64,000 nt of DNA from Octopus sinensis (taxonomy: Eukaryota), in assembly GCF_006345805.1 (NCBI RefSeq), contig NC_043002.1, positions 27,342,001 through 27,406,000 of the forward strand, read 5' to 3'. The translations under genes and the position numbers were made by a program. This document shows, one piece after another, positions 26,409 through 39,509 of the stretch. The notes below the pieces were generated by a model, which saw nothing but the letters and a program-made list of their open reading frames with translations, was not told the origin of the DNA and searched no databases. The number at the start of each line of letters is the position of its first letter. Position 1 is the first letter of the stretch.

Positions 26409-27260
26409 TACAGAATAAATTGCGATGGGTAAATTGTCGCCAATTTATATTTGTAATTTTGCGCATGTAGATTGTTTGTTTTTGATTTTGTCGACTACAC
26501 AGGATAGTAGGGTCGGTTGGGCATTGTCCGTGAGAAAAATAGCACCATGACACACAATTCACTCTACCAGAACTTTGAAAACGTCATGTTGCTTGAAATT
26601 CGCACCCGAAGCTTCAATACGAACATTTCAGAGTGTTTTAGTGTAAATCTGAGGACATGTACAGAGAGTGATAAAAATCTAACATCCATTCAACGTCATG
26701 GTGTTTGGAGGGACCAATAGTGATGGGGACGTAATGCCTCCATTCATCTTCCCATACGGTCTCAGACTGACGACGGAGACCTACATTAACAGCCTGGAGA
26801 AGGTAGTGCTACCCTGGTGAAAGACGGTGGCTACTGGAAGACCCTGTGTCTGGCAAGGGACTCTGTACTATGCCACACAAGCAAGAGAATCCAGTCATGA
26901 CTCTCAGACAATTTCTCCGTCCATATCACCCCTAACATCCGGCCGCATAACACTCCAGACTGCAACTCCGTTGATTATTATGTGTGGTGCGCAGTTGATC
27001 GAGAGACCAACAAAACTCCTTGTAACACCGAAGATGAACGGAAGGCAAGAATTATGGCAGCATAAAGAAGGAGACCATCCAGACGAATTACGGGAGATTC
27101 CGAAATCGTCTGGAGGCTGTAGTTGAAGCTAATGCCGATGTTATTGAATAAATTTACACTTTAGTATTTCATGAGTATAAAATTGAGTATTAAAATGAGA
27201 TGTAAGTGTTATTTTCATGTTTTCCTACTTAGATGCCAGATAATTCACCGCACCTAGTGT
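26409..27260 (+). mobile_element. maT / DD37D Tc1-mariner relic with internal deletion
   Basis: Translation gives HPFNVMVFGG..SDGDVMPPFIF..WQ-DSVLCHTS..PDCNSVDYYVW. I counted exactly 37 residues between the last two Asp. The TIRs are degenerate. Confidence 0.85.
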
Positions 27261-28429
27261 GTGTGTGTATAATTTTTTGTCGTAATGAGATAAAAGCCAA
27301 GGCAGAGTACATTTTCGTGCATTTATAAATAGAAGGTCTTACAGCTGTTTGCAGGATATTTATTATATCCCTTCATCGGAGACGGTGTGAGAAAATTGTT
27401 AAGCAATAGCTAATTTAGATAAGATACGAAATAGAGAGTGAGATGGAGGAATGAAAATAGATGTGAGATATGCAGCGATATTGTATATGCAGATCCATTA
27501 TTTAGGTAGAATGGTATTCATATAAGATTCCAATACCTTATGAGTAAAATCCAATAGTATTTAAAATGTGCCATTCCAAGTAGAGAATTTATACACAGTG
27601 TTATTGAATCAAGAGTTTTATTTAAAGTTACCTAAAAGTAAGGAATGTATTAGGAAGGTTAAATCGAAAACAGGAAGAGAGGAATACAGAAAGAGAAACA
27701 AAGAGAAAAAAGAGAAAAGAAAGAGAAGAAAATAAGAAGAAAAATAATAAAATAATAATAATGATAAATATAAAAAAGAAGAAAACAGTAAGAGAGGAAT
27801 AAAGAAAAGAAATAAAAAAGAAAAATGAAAAACAAGGAATAGATAGTAAGGGAAAGTGTACCAGTCAGTGGTCAGTCGAGATAATTTGAAAGTAGGAATG
27901 GGGAGATAATGGTGATAGAGAGAGAAAAATGTATTAGAGTGTAAAACGATAGAAGGAATGGTGGGCGATAGAGAGAGATATAAGAAGTAAATGAGTGTCA
28001 ATTGTGCAGAGATAGAGACTAAGTGATGGGGTAGAGAGAGTGGGGTAGTAGTATGGAATGAAGAATTTAGAAATTTGAGTGGTTGGATAGGTCAGTGCTT
28101 AGTAGTAGAAGAAAATATATATGTGAAGATGTATACATATGTATATATTAGACATGTATATATATTTATACAGATGTTTATACATATCAATATCTACATA
28201 TACATCTCCTACTCATATGCATATGCACACATGCGCACACATATATACGTGTATCTGCATGTATTATCGCCTCTGTACACGCAGGTATATATACCCTGCT
28301 TGCATACGTACATTCACATATACACACGTAGATACATAGATACGCGCATACACACACACAAATACATATACAGGCACATATGCATAGATAAACATACACA
28401 CGAATATGATTAGATGGTGGTGATATTCG

Positions 28430-28710
28430 AGTAAAAGTGAGGAATTAGATAGGGATTAGGAGTTAAAATGTAGCTTTATAAAGTTATTGGGATTACCTAA
28501 GGAGTACTGTTGAAATGGTCGACTAGGCATTTGGATTTGTGGTAGAATTTGAATGTGTGAAAAAAGCGGTGGTTGCATGTGCTTAGTGCTTCAACATGTT
28601 TATTTAGCAGTGCTGGAGAGTTGTGCTTTAATATGTGAAGTGCCTCCTTCAGGCAAAGATTGCAGGTTGAGTGCTGACCTCGGTAGGGAAGCCCAGAGTC
28701 CAGCATGATA
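28430..28710 (-). mobile_element. Penelope-like element C-terminal fragment
   Basis: ORF 28497-28706 (PY....CNLCLKEALHIL..LLNKHVEALSTCNH) matches the C-terminal Cys/His motif of GIY-YIG Penelope ORFs. Confidence 0.75.
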
Positions 28711-28934
28711 GACCAGTTTTTTTTTATCTCATTACAAAATAAATTTTTATATATACAGACGCTATATAAATTTTTATATATACAGACGCTATATAAATTT
28801 TTATATATACAGACCTAAGTTGGACCCCTTATCCACATAATCACCGAACCTTCAACTTAACTATGGCCTATCCATACCACTTATTCAGCATTACCTGACA
28901 CCTTTGAGTCTCACTGACACCATTACCTCTCAAA

Positions 28935-29520
<586 letters not shown>

Positions 29521-29602
29521 ACGTGAGAGTAGAGAGAGAGAGAAAGAAGGAATTAAAGAGGATGGAAGGAAGAGAGAGACATATATACGTACGTAGATAC
29601 AA

Positions 29603-29639
<37 letters not shown>

Positions 29640-30125
29640 CATATATATGCATGTATGTATGTGCGCATTATGTGTGTATATAAGTATGTAGTGGACAATG
29701 TCGGAAAGCTATAGCTGAAAGAGAAACTTCAATAAAATTGAAGTGATAAATTATAAAGAAATATATCTTACTCATGAAGTATAATACGTAAAATTATGTC
29801 TTTATAATTAATTATATTATTAAGCGATATGTGAAAATCTTCAAACAAACAAAGAACGTTCGAGATAGTCATTTAACGTGATAAAAATAGCATCAAATCT
29901 TCATGATCACACACTTGACAGTCTCAAAAGAAATGAAAAGCGCATTGTTTAATATTGGTCTAGACTATTGGTTCGCAAACTTTCTGCTTCAATACATTGG
30001 TGCACAAGAACAGCTAATTAAGTGCAGTACAGACACACGCATACACATACGCATACAAATACAAACACACACGCATACATGCTTATATACATTACATGCA
30101 TGTATACACACACACACACACACAC

Positions 30126-30187
<62 letters not shown>

Positions 30188-30726
30188 TATATATATATGT
30201 ATATATTCATATGAGTATTAAGGAATATCCACGAGTTTGTATTATATTTCTCGCGGGCATTTCATCATTATGCATGTTTGGACCCCTGCATTTATATGTT
30301 CCAAGTGCATTTAGATGCACTTCTACGTCCTGTATATCGGCTTCCCCCTCCTCTTCTTCTTCTTCGTCTTCATTTTCTCATCCACTTCCTCCTCCTTATT
30401 CTTCTTTTTCTTTTTCTTCTTGTCCGCCTTCTTCTTCTTTTTCTTCTCCCCCCCCACTCTCTCTCTTTCACCTGTATCATTGCTGTCGTTGACTTTTATA
30501 AGCTATGTAAAAGCTATTACAACGCTAGTGACAAAGAAGAAAAGAAAAACAAAACTGTAAGCTTATTATTACTCTTCCTTGCCCTCTACATAGAGAAGTT
30601 TGAATTTAAAAACATACAATTCCGATTCAAATTAAAACCAGGTTTAAAACTATTTATGGCTAACTGTATTAAGAACAGACTATTAAAGATTCCTTTTTTG
30701 AAGCAAGGTTGACATTTTCTACTTTA

Positions 30727-31107
30727 GGCACAAGGCCTGAAATTTTTGGGGAGGGGGCCAGTGAATTAGATCGACCCAGTATGCAACTGGTACTTAATTT
30801 ATCTACCCCAAAATGATGAAAGGCAAAGTCGACTTCGGCGGAATTTGAACTCAGAACATAAAGACAGACGAAATATCTATTCCTTTACTACCCACAAGGG
30901 GCTAAACACAGAGAGGAAAAACAAGGACTGACAAACGGATTAAGTCGATTATATCGACTCCAGTGCGTAACTGGTACTTATTTAATCGACCCCGAAAGGA
31001 TGAAAGGCAAAAGTGACCTCGGCGGAATTTGAACTCAGAATGTAGCGGCAGACGAAATACCGCTAAGCATTTCGCCCGGCGCGCTAACGTTTCTGCCAGC
31101 TCCCGCC
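30727..31107 (-). mobile_element. Composite SINE family 1: long-tail copy (30877-31107) joined to an older short-tail body (30727-30876)
   Basis: There are two cores but one head. The junction is gacgaaatat|ctattcc. Confidence 0.9.
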
Positions 31108-33724
31108 TTAGAAGCAAGGTTGAAGTGATGTAAGTTTGAATAAGAAACCCTTACATTAACACATCAAAGAAGGTTGGCTGTCAAGCGAGAAAGTGTTCTA
31201 CCGTGTGAACCAATTACAACAAAGCTTCTACCATTTTTTATTTCTTCTGAGAAAATAAAGGAGACACATGACGATAGACGACTCGAATAGGAATTATGGA
31301 TTTCTAACCTGGAATATTTCACAAATGCATATCATCTTGTAAATACCCTAAAGTGTGCACAATAAAAATTAAAGCATGTAAAAGAAACATTACATATCAT
31401 CAAATCGATAGTTAAACTAATAGCATTTCTGAAAGAAATTTAGAAATGAAAAACTAGAAATGGCAACGTTGAATGTGTCATTCAGTAATGAAACATCACT
31501 TAAAAAATGACTCACATCATAGTTAAGTTGACAACTCAAGAAGAAAAGTTGGGTTTTTGTTTCCTACTATTGATCATAGAATAATGTGATTGGATTCAAA
31601 ATCTTCTCATGGAAATTGTAACTGATGTTAGTTTTTAAATGTCCTGAAAAAGAATCAGCTTCTATATGCAGTGATCATGCGCTGAGATTATGCGAAGAAT
31701 TGCTGGTTGAAATGGTTTAGCTTTCTATAAGGGAAAATTCCTTACGGGAAATATATCGTACAGTAAAATAATGTTTTATGAATTTGAATCAACTTTCAGT
31801 CCCATATTTATGTGGATTAAAGTTTTTAATGACTGACATTAAATATAAAAATTATCTCAAGAAATATCTCTAATGCATAGAAGAAATTGATAACTGTTCA
31901 TCACGCATGCGTCCCAATAGTGAAACCAACGATAACAAAATATAAAGTTCATGTTTCATATTTATACGATTAATGAAATATTGCAAGATTATAGCCTTGT
32001 ATATTCTTCTCTTCTTCAATTCACATGAAAAAAGTACTTACAGTTATTATTTCATTCTTTAATGTTCCAAAGAGTAAGAATAAAAACCAAAAAAACAAAA
32101 TAACAGACTGCAAATATATGGAACCCAATAGTAACAATAGCTAAATAGCAACAATACATACATACAAACAAGTAGGCACGCACGCATGTATGTGCGTATG
32201 TAAGTACGTATGTATGTATGTATGTATGTATGTATGTATGTATGTATGTATGTATGTATGTATGTATGTGTGTGTGTGTGTGTGTATGTATGTAGGAAAG
32301 ATGGCTAACAATGCATCTTAGTGAATCATTTCAACAATACATACACACAAGTAGGCACGCACGCATGTATGTATATATGTATGTATGTATTTATGTATGT
32401 ATGTATGTATGTATGTGTGTATGTGTGTATGTATGTATGTATGTATGGATGGATGGATGGATGGATGTATGTATGTATATATGAAAGATGGCTAACAAGG
32501 CATCTTAGTGAATCATTGCTACTTAGTAGACTTGAAGCACATCGCTGCGCTAAAGATAATCGCTACTTCAACATTTATTTGGGACTAAAATAGGTGCTTT
32601 AGTCCTTCGTTAGATATTCTGTCTCGTGCAACTGCGACATTGTTGTTTTGTCATCGTCGTCGTCCCCCACCTCTTTTATTATTGTTTAGCAAAACTAGTT
32701 TTCATTGAATTGGACTTTGACGAAATTACACCATCTCTAACTATAACGTGCTATGCATTCACACAGATAGATGTACATTATATATCATGTTCCTATATGT
32801 TGCTCAGTCCCAATTTGACCCTGAATCGAGCAGAATCAAATATATTCCCTTTCGGCCATCCTGTTTTATATTTTCAGATATTTTGAATTACACATCAAAT
32901 ATGTCTTGTCTTCGTGCGAACGTTTGAGGCCAATTAAAGAATATTTGACTGAAAGAGTCTCTTCAATATTATTCTATTTTTTTTTTTTTGTACCTGAACA
33001 TCAGGTCTGTTCTCACCATGAACATATTGATGAAAGTCATTCGACTCTCACCATATTAATTTAAATTTTAAAGACATATCTACATATGCATTATGAAACA
33101 TCCTCCGTTTTTAAAGTAGTTGCGTATCATTTTAGATAGACTTGGCTACTATTTTTGCAAGTTTATGGAGCCCATAAGCACTATCTTTAGCTCATTATCA
33201 GTCCGTTAGCCCAACGCAGTGTGAAATTAGGATGTCGAAAGTAACATGAAGAAAGAAAAGACAGCCATCATTATAAATGTGATACAGCATATAGAACAGA
33301 GCTACAAGGGAAGCTGTGCTTATAAAGCCAGAATAATGAACACAGATCATAGAAATCAATATAATTTAACACTTGTGCATTTGTACATATGTCAAAATCA
33401 CATAGCTTTGAAAATCGTAAAATTACATGTATGTGGAAGTGGGGTAGGCTTAATGTTTCAAGCGAATACTTTCGTGAGAAGGAAAGAAGGAAAGCCTAGT
33501 AAGATTAGTGTTCAATAGATATATTGAAAGTAGCGAGTGTTTGAAGAAACATCAGGAGTTGATGGAGATTATCGGATATAGGAAGGAATATGTATTAATG
33601 TGTGGACAACAAACAAAGCAACAGTGTAAACTAAAACAACGTGCAGAAATTAGAAGAAAACGATGAAAAAGAATGAAAAGAAACACACATAGACACACAG
33701 ACACCCCACATACATACTTATAAA

Positions 33725-34136
33725 GGCGCAGGAGTGGCTGTTTGGTAAGTAGCTTGCTAACCAACCACATGGTTTCGGGTTCAGTCCCACTGCGTGGCAT
33801 CTTGGGCGCGTGTCTTCTGCTATAGCCCCGGGCCGACCAATACCTTGTGAGTGGATTTGGTAGACGGAATCTGAAAGAAGCCTGTCGTATATATGTATAT
33901 ATATATAAGTGTGTGTGAATATGTTTATGTGTCTGTGTTTGTTCCCCTAGCATTGCTTGACAACCGACGCTGGTGTGTTTACGTCCCCGTCACTTAGCGG
34001 TTCGGCAAAAGAGACCGATACAATAAGTACTGGGCTTACAAAGAATAAGTCCTGGGGTCGATTTGCTCGACTAAAGGTGATGCTCCAGCATGGCCGCAGT
34101 CAAATGACTGAAACAAGTAAAAAGAGTAAAAAGAGT
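33725..34136 (+). mobile_element. tRNA-headed SINE family 3, full length
   Basis: The head is ggcgcaggagtggctg..gggttcagtcccactgcg. It has a CORE-like gtggcatcttgggc segment, an internal TA/TG run and a gagtaaaaa tail repeat. Confidence 0.85.
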
Positions 34137-34165
34137 ATATATACATTTATTATTTCATACGTGAA

Positions 34166-34424
34166 GTGCGTGGGTTAGTGGTCAGGGCATTCGGCTCACG
34201 ATCGTGAGTTCAATTCCCAGCGATGCGTTGTGTCCTTGAGCAAAATGTGTGGTACCTGTAATTGAAAATAGGCCAGACTTGCCACACTGAATCTCCCTCA
34301 GAACTAATTTAAGGGTACACGTGTCTGTTGAATGATCAGCCACTTGCACGTTAATTTCACGAGCAATTTGTTCCGTTGGTCGTATCAGCTGCGACCCTCG
34401 CCGTCGTAACCGATGGAGTGCTTC
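34166..34424 (+). mobile_element. SINE family 2, internally deleted copy
   Basis: Homologous to 14106-14427. Confidence 0.85.
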
Positions 34425-34888
34425 TACAAACACACAGAAACACACACAGAAACACACACAAGCACTGAAAGAGAGAGCGAGAGAGAATGAAAGAGAGTGG
34501 GAAGGTATGTATGTGTCTGCGTGTCTGTGTGTGTGTTGACTCATTATCCAGTCTCACTACATTTGTTAAACTGATTAAAAATAAAATAAAATGAGAACGA
34601 GTGGTTTTCATTAATATCTGCTCATGATGAAACAAATACCAGCATTGAAATCAGGTATTTCCCCTCTGTGCTTCTTAGCGGTGGTTCAATCGAATTGCTA
34701 TGTAGATGGCATAAACCGAGAGATAGTTCAAAGTGTAACTTGGCGTATTGACATGGTGGCATACACCTCTCAGAGTGATACAGTATTTTTACGAATATTA
34801 AGCAATTATTCATTTCGAAATGTTCACCAAGACAATGAAAGGTTGTTGATCACATAATTGTACCTCTCCCTATCTTCTCGCACTATCA

Positions 34889-34914
<26 letters not shown>

Positions 34915-34919
<5 letters not shown>

Positions 34920-35110
34920 ATCCAAACATGAAAACACAAAGAGAAAACGCAACAACGCAAGGACGTGGAACAAGTATGGTGTTATTGGATGCTCAGGAAA
35001 GGAAAGAGAGAAGGAGGAAGTAACGTTTCGAGCGGAACTCTTCGTCAGAAATATAGAAAAAGGAAAGGTCCAACGAAGGGAAGACAGAGAAAGAAAATTG
35101 CCAACGCTAC
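34915..35110 (-). mobile_element. Short Penelope-LTR-like repeat with a hammerhead-like core; partial copy at 16228-16345 (+)
   Basis: Minus strand at 35021-35048 reads ctgacgaagagttccgctcgaaacgtta. The downstream part matches 16228-16345. Confidence 0.55.
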
Positions 35111-35510
35111 ACATATGCATTTATACGTAAAGTTACATAAAATTGTCCTCGGGATAACTTTAAAGTGAAATTTAATAAAATGCAACTTTAATTTAGCTTG
35201 TATTCACTTAAAAAAAATATCATTCAAATGACTAAGATCTTGGCTCCGTATTTTTCCCCATTTCATTTGTTAATTTCATAGCTTTCATTGCTATTTCAGT
35301 TTCTCGTTCGTCCACTACGGTTCACACGATACATAGCTTTTCAGTATTTTTTGTTATATATATTTGCATTAGTGTTGACACCCATATTACTAATCTCTTA
35401 GTTACAACTAGTTCTTATTACATGAAATAAATATAGTCGTGCAAGGAATATAAGGTGATTAGAAAAGAATAAATGTTGAAATGCTTGCCGAAATAGGTAC
35501 TTCAATGTCT

Positions 35511-35563
<53 letters not shown>

Positions 35564-35996
35564 ATAGTGAGAGTGAGAGAGAGACAGAGAGAATTACAGA
35601 GGATTTAGTGGGAGAGAAAATGAAACTCTGTTGTGTAATAGTGAAGTATTGTGGTGTAACCCTCTTGGATCAATAAATGTAATTACGCAACTGGCAAAAG
35701 GATTTTTCGATGCATTAGAGCGCAATTTTCAACCTAGTAAATATAGGAAAATCTTTAATAAGCACCTTGTTAAACTCTACCACGCATAATCTGGCAGATA
35801 ATATCGATGCAATTAAACGTAATAATGTTACTAAATTTTTCTTTTGTAGTGACAGCATTAATTCAAAGAATAGCGTGTCCCAAACTCACCCTATTTAGAT
35901 ATTACTCTACCGGTCATGCCTGTAATGATTCGCCTGAAGCTGCTATGTCCGAGGTTGATTTCCCCGGCATTCCCGATATAAGGAGCTTAAACAAAG

Positions 35997-36056
<60 letters not shown>

Positions 36057-36060
36057 ATAT

Positions 36061-36099
<39 letters not shown>

Positions 36100-36106
36100 C
36101 AGTAGC

Positions 36107-36160
<54 letters not shown>
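35997..36160. repeat. (AGT)n microsatellite
   Basis: Directly visible. Confidence 0.95.
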
Positions 36161-36161
<1 letters not shown>

Positions 36162-36289
36162 ATTATGGACAATGAAAATAGCACGATACGATTTGATGCC
36201 TGTTTTGTTTAAACGCTTTCAGACTACGGTATTTCATCCAGAGGAAGTTCGTTAAAACGTAGAGTTTTAAAAAAAACACCGTATACGAA

Positions 36290-37250
36290 ATGACCTCTCC
36301 TATAAGGTCACCATGAAGGAGCTGGAGAAAGCCTTGAAGGCAACGACAAGTTCGAAAAACACCAGGCCCGCACGGTATCCTGTCAGACATGCTCAAAAAA
36401 GGTGCGCAAAAATTCCGTAATGAGCTGTTGAGGCCCTATAACACTTGTCTTTCTAATGAGTTCGTACACCAGGGCTTCAAGGACGCCCTAATAGGTGCCA
36501 TTTACAAAAAGAAAGGCATCGAGAAGAATGTGATAATCACCGGGGCATTTCTCTGTTGCCTATTGCTGGGTCAAATACGCAGAAGGAAGTTTTCATCGCA
36601 TCAGAACAGATGGGAAACTTTTCAACTTGGCCTATTTTGTGCCTATATCTAAATCAGAGAAACGTGTCAGGGAGCCGAGTCTACATAATATTGGTATAAA
36701 TCATTGTAAACCGCTTTTCTTGTGCAGTAGACATGTTTCGTTTTGAGATCAACGCTTCGATAATTGAGCTATTCTACCAGCTTCCACCAAGATATCCTAA
36801 AAGATCGAGAGAGCATCTTCAGAGCTACCGTAACATTGCACGCAACACGAAGATAAAGGTGTACAGTACGGCACTGCTCCTTCGCCTTCTCTGCGCCACA
36901 GAATCATGCAGGTACCCATTGTTGTTACAGAGGTCTTGAGCGGTGCTGGCACAGTTAGTGTCGAGTCACTCATTATCTAATCGCAGCTGCACTGAGAGGG
37001 ACTTGTTAGCAGCATGGAGAGCAGTCGGCTCCTAAAGGTAGTTTTGGAAGCTGAACTGTGCCGGAGCTGGCGGAGCTGTAGTGGCCAGAGTTTTCGCAAT
37101 ATGGATGTGCTAAAAAGACACAGGAAGAACTCCGACATCTCCCCAGACACCTGGATAGAGAAGACCTTGCAGTGCAGTGAATGGCACGGATCCCTAAAGC
37201 TCGTAACTCCAGTCATCGAGGAGAAACAATAGAGAATACGAAGACCACAT
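36290..37250 (+). mobile_element. RTE-clade LINE relic with most of the RT deleted
   Basis: About 36360-36590 translates to PGP.GI..DMLKKG..FKDALIGAIYKKKG...DNHRGISLLPIAG. ORF 36733 contains RNTKIKVYST.LL. ORF 37014 (SRLLKVVLEAEL...DVLKRH...ISPDTW) matches the RTE C-terminal region. Confidence 0.8.
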
Positions 37251-39509
37251 GAGAGGAGTTACTTCGCCATTACGTCAAGTAGTTTTACCTGAAGTAGATG
37301 TCATCGCTGCTGATCAACGTGAACATTATTGATATTTTGTCTAAACGCTATCAGACATCGGTGTTTCGTTCAGGGAAAGTCCTTTGAGAATTACAGTGTA
37401 AGAACAAAACATTGTATATCTCAAGACCGCGCAAAATAAATCAACCCGTAGGTGAGTGAGACTGACAGATAGCGATAATTTGCTATTATTTCCGCTCATG
37501 TTTACCAGCTCATACATTAATTATGTCAATTCAATAATTTTGACATTATTAGAGTTGTTTCTAACTCAAAACTTTGTCTGATTTTACTGGTGCAGCGCTG
37601 TTACACATCAGGAGATACATTTTCCGCTATTTACATTTACTTCAGACCAGCAATTTGAAATCGTTTCCAGGTTTACTCGAGTAGAACAAGGAGTAGAAAT
37701 AAGAACAAAATATCGATAATTACCGTTATCTTTCATCTACAGTCATCCCCTTTCACCTTGTTTTGTGGTATACAGTGCATTTTGAACTTTCTGCGTCTTT
37801 AAAGGCATCTACTTTTGGACGAGAAGGCGCAGGCTGAAAGCCTTCAAACACAACATACATCAAGTGTGCGGCATCAAATATGTGTGTATGTCTGTGTTTG
37901 TGCGTGTGCGTGCGCGTGTGTGTGTGTACACGCACACATACACTCAGACACACATATATGTGATTGTACACATGTTTAACGTTAACAGAACCTAATTTTT
38001 TTCTTGTACGCTAATCATTTTAAACAATCAGAAAACAGAATATGAAATATATAAATATATTTAGTATATATAATGCTCGCTTATATTCCATCCGTTTTAG
38101 ATATCCATATATTTATAACTAACTTTGATAACGAACTTAGATACCACACTTCAGACGCTGAAATCATGATGCAAAATGTGAATATCCATTATCAACAATT
38201 ACTACCCATAAACAACGTGGCGCATGCAAAACTCCTTTCATAAAAATGCTACTAAGTAATCTCTTTAAGAAATTTGCAGATGTAAAACTTTACATGGTGC
38301 TCCAGAGACTGGTCTACAATCACTCGGATAACAGAGGAAATAGAATATTATGGAAACATTTTAAAAGTGCACTATTCAGATGTAATCACCGAAGATAATT
38401 TCCAATTTGTAAGTAAAGCCTGTGACATTCCCAAACGACGTAAAAGCCAAATATTATTTTAATATGGATTACGGCTGCACTAAATGGCGATAATGCAATC
38501 AGTTTTATGAAGGTTAAGAAGAGCATTTAGAATTGTTCAAATAGATTCTAAATTATCCATTTTGCAGTCAAATGAATAATGTTTTCCTGAATATGTATTG
38601 GTCAATCGCCATAATTGCATCGTTTTCGTACAAGAGAACAAATGTAATCACGTAACGTTTCTCTTACATTTTTCGATATATCAGCACTTTCAGTTTTGAG
38701 TCCCAATTCCCAAAGAAATGAGGAAGGTGATATTTTAGATGTTAGAATATGAACCCGCATTACCTTGGTTTAAATGGTTGACGTTTAATTTCATTGTTTT
38801 ATTTCCTGATCCTGTAAAATGATTAACACACTAAATGGATTATGGCGTGTGCGTCCTGTATATACAAGAGAAGGCGGCGAATCCACAATGTCGTTAGAGC
38901 GTCAGTTAAAAATGCCTTACTGTGCGTTCGGGTTGTTCGCATTCCGCATTCAAATAACTCTGAGATCACCTCTGATTTTCTTCTTTTCGGGATTTGTATC
39001 TAAATTATCACTCTTGTTTTGGATCAATTTTTCTCTCTTTAGCACTTCCCTCTGACTCTGTCTGCTTCTCTCTCTCTCTCTTCCACTGTCTCCTTTAGTC
39101 TCTCCCTCTCTTGTCTGCTTCTCCCACTCGCCCTCTCTGACTCTCTCTCTCATTCTTACCCTGTAGATTGAGTCAATAATTCAAAGAAACAGGTTTCTCG
39201 TATTATGTCACCTTCATTCGGCTTGAAAACTGCGTTAAAGATACATGTACATGTAGAATACTCAGCCAATTATGCATTAACTTCACAATTAGGAATTCAG
39301 TTGGTCCAACAACTGTATGGTCATGTTTGAGTTGACTTAGATTTCATCATAATACAGGGGTTTCGACAAGGTTTCCGCCCACCACGCTTTACTGGCAAGA
39401 CACTGCTTAAACTAAAGATATCGTAGAAAGCACTCCTACAAAGCAAAACGAGCTGCTTAAACTCAGAAACATACTTGTTCTATCGTATTTGTTCTATTGT
39501 CTATTTCGT

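Noticed and set aside
28741-28815. CRISPR-like short repeats (also the recurring SINE cores)
   Set aside because: There are no unique spacers and no cas genes, and the context is eukaryotic.
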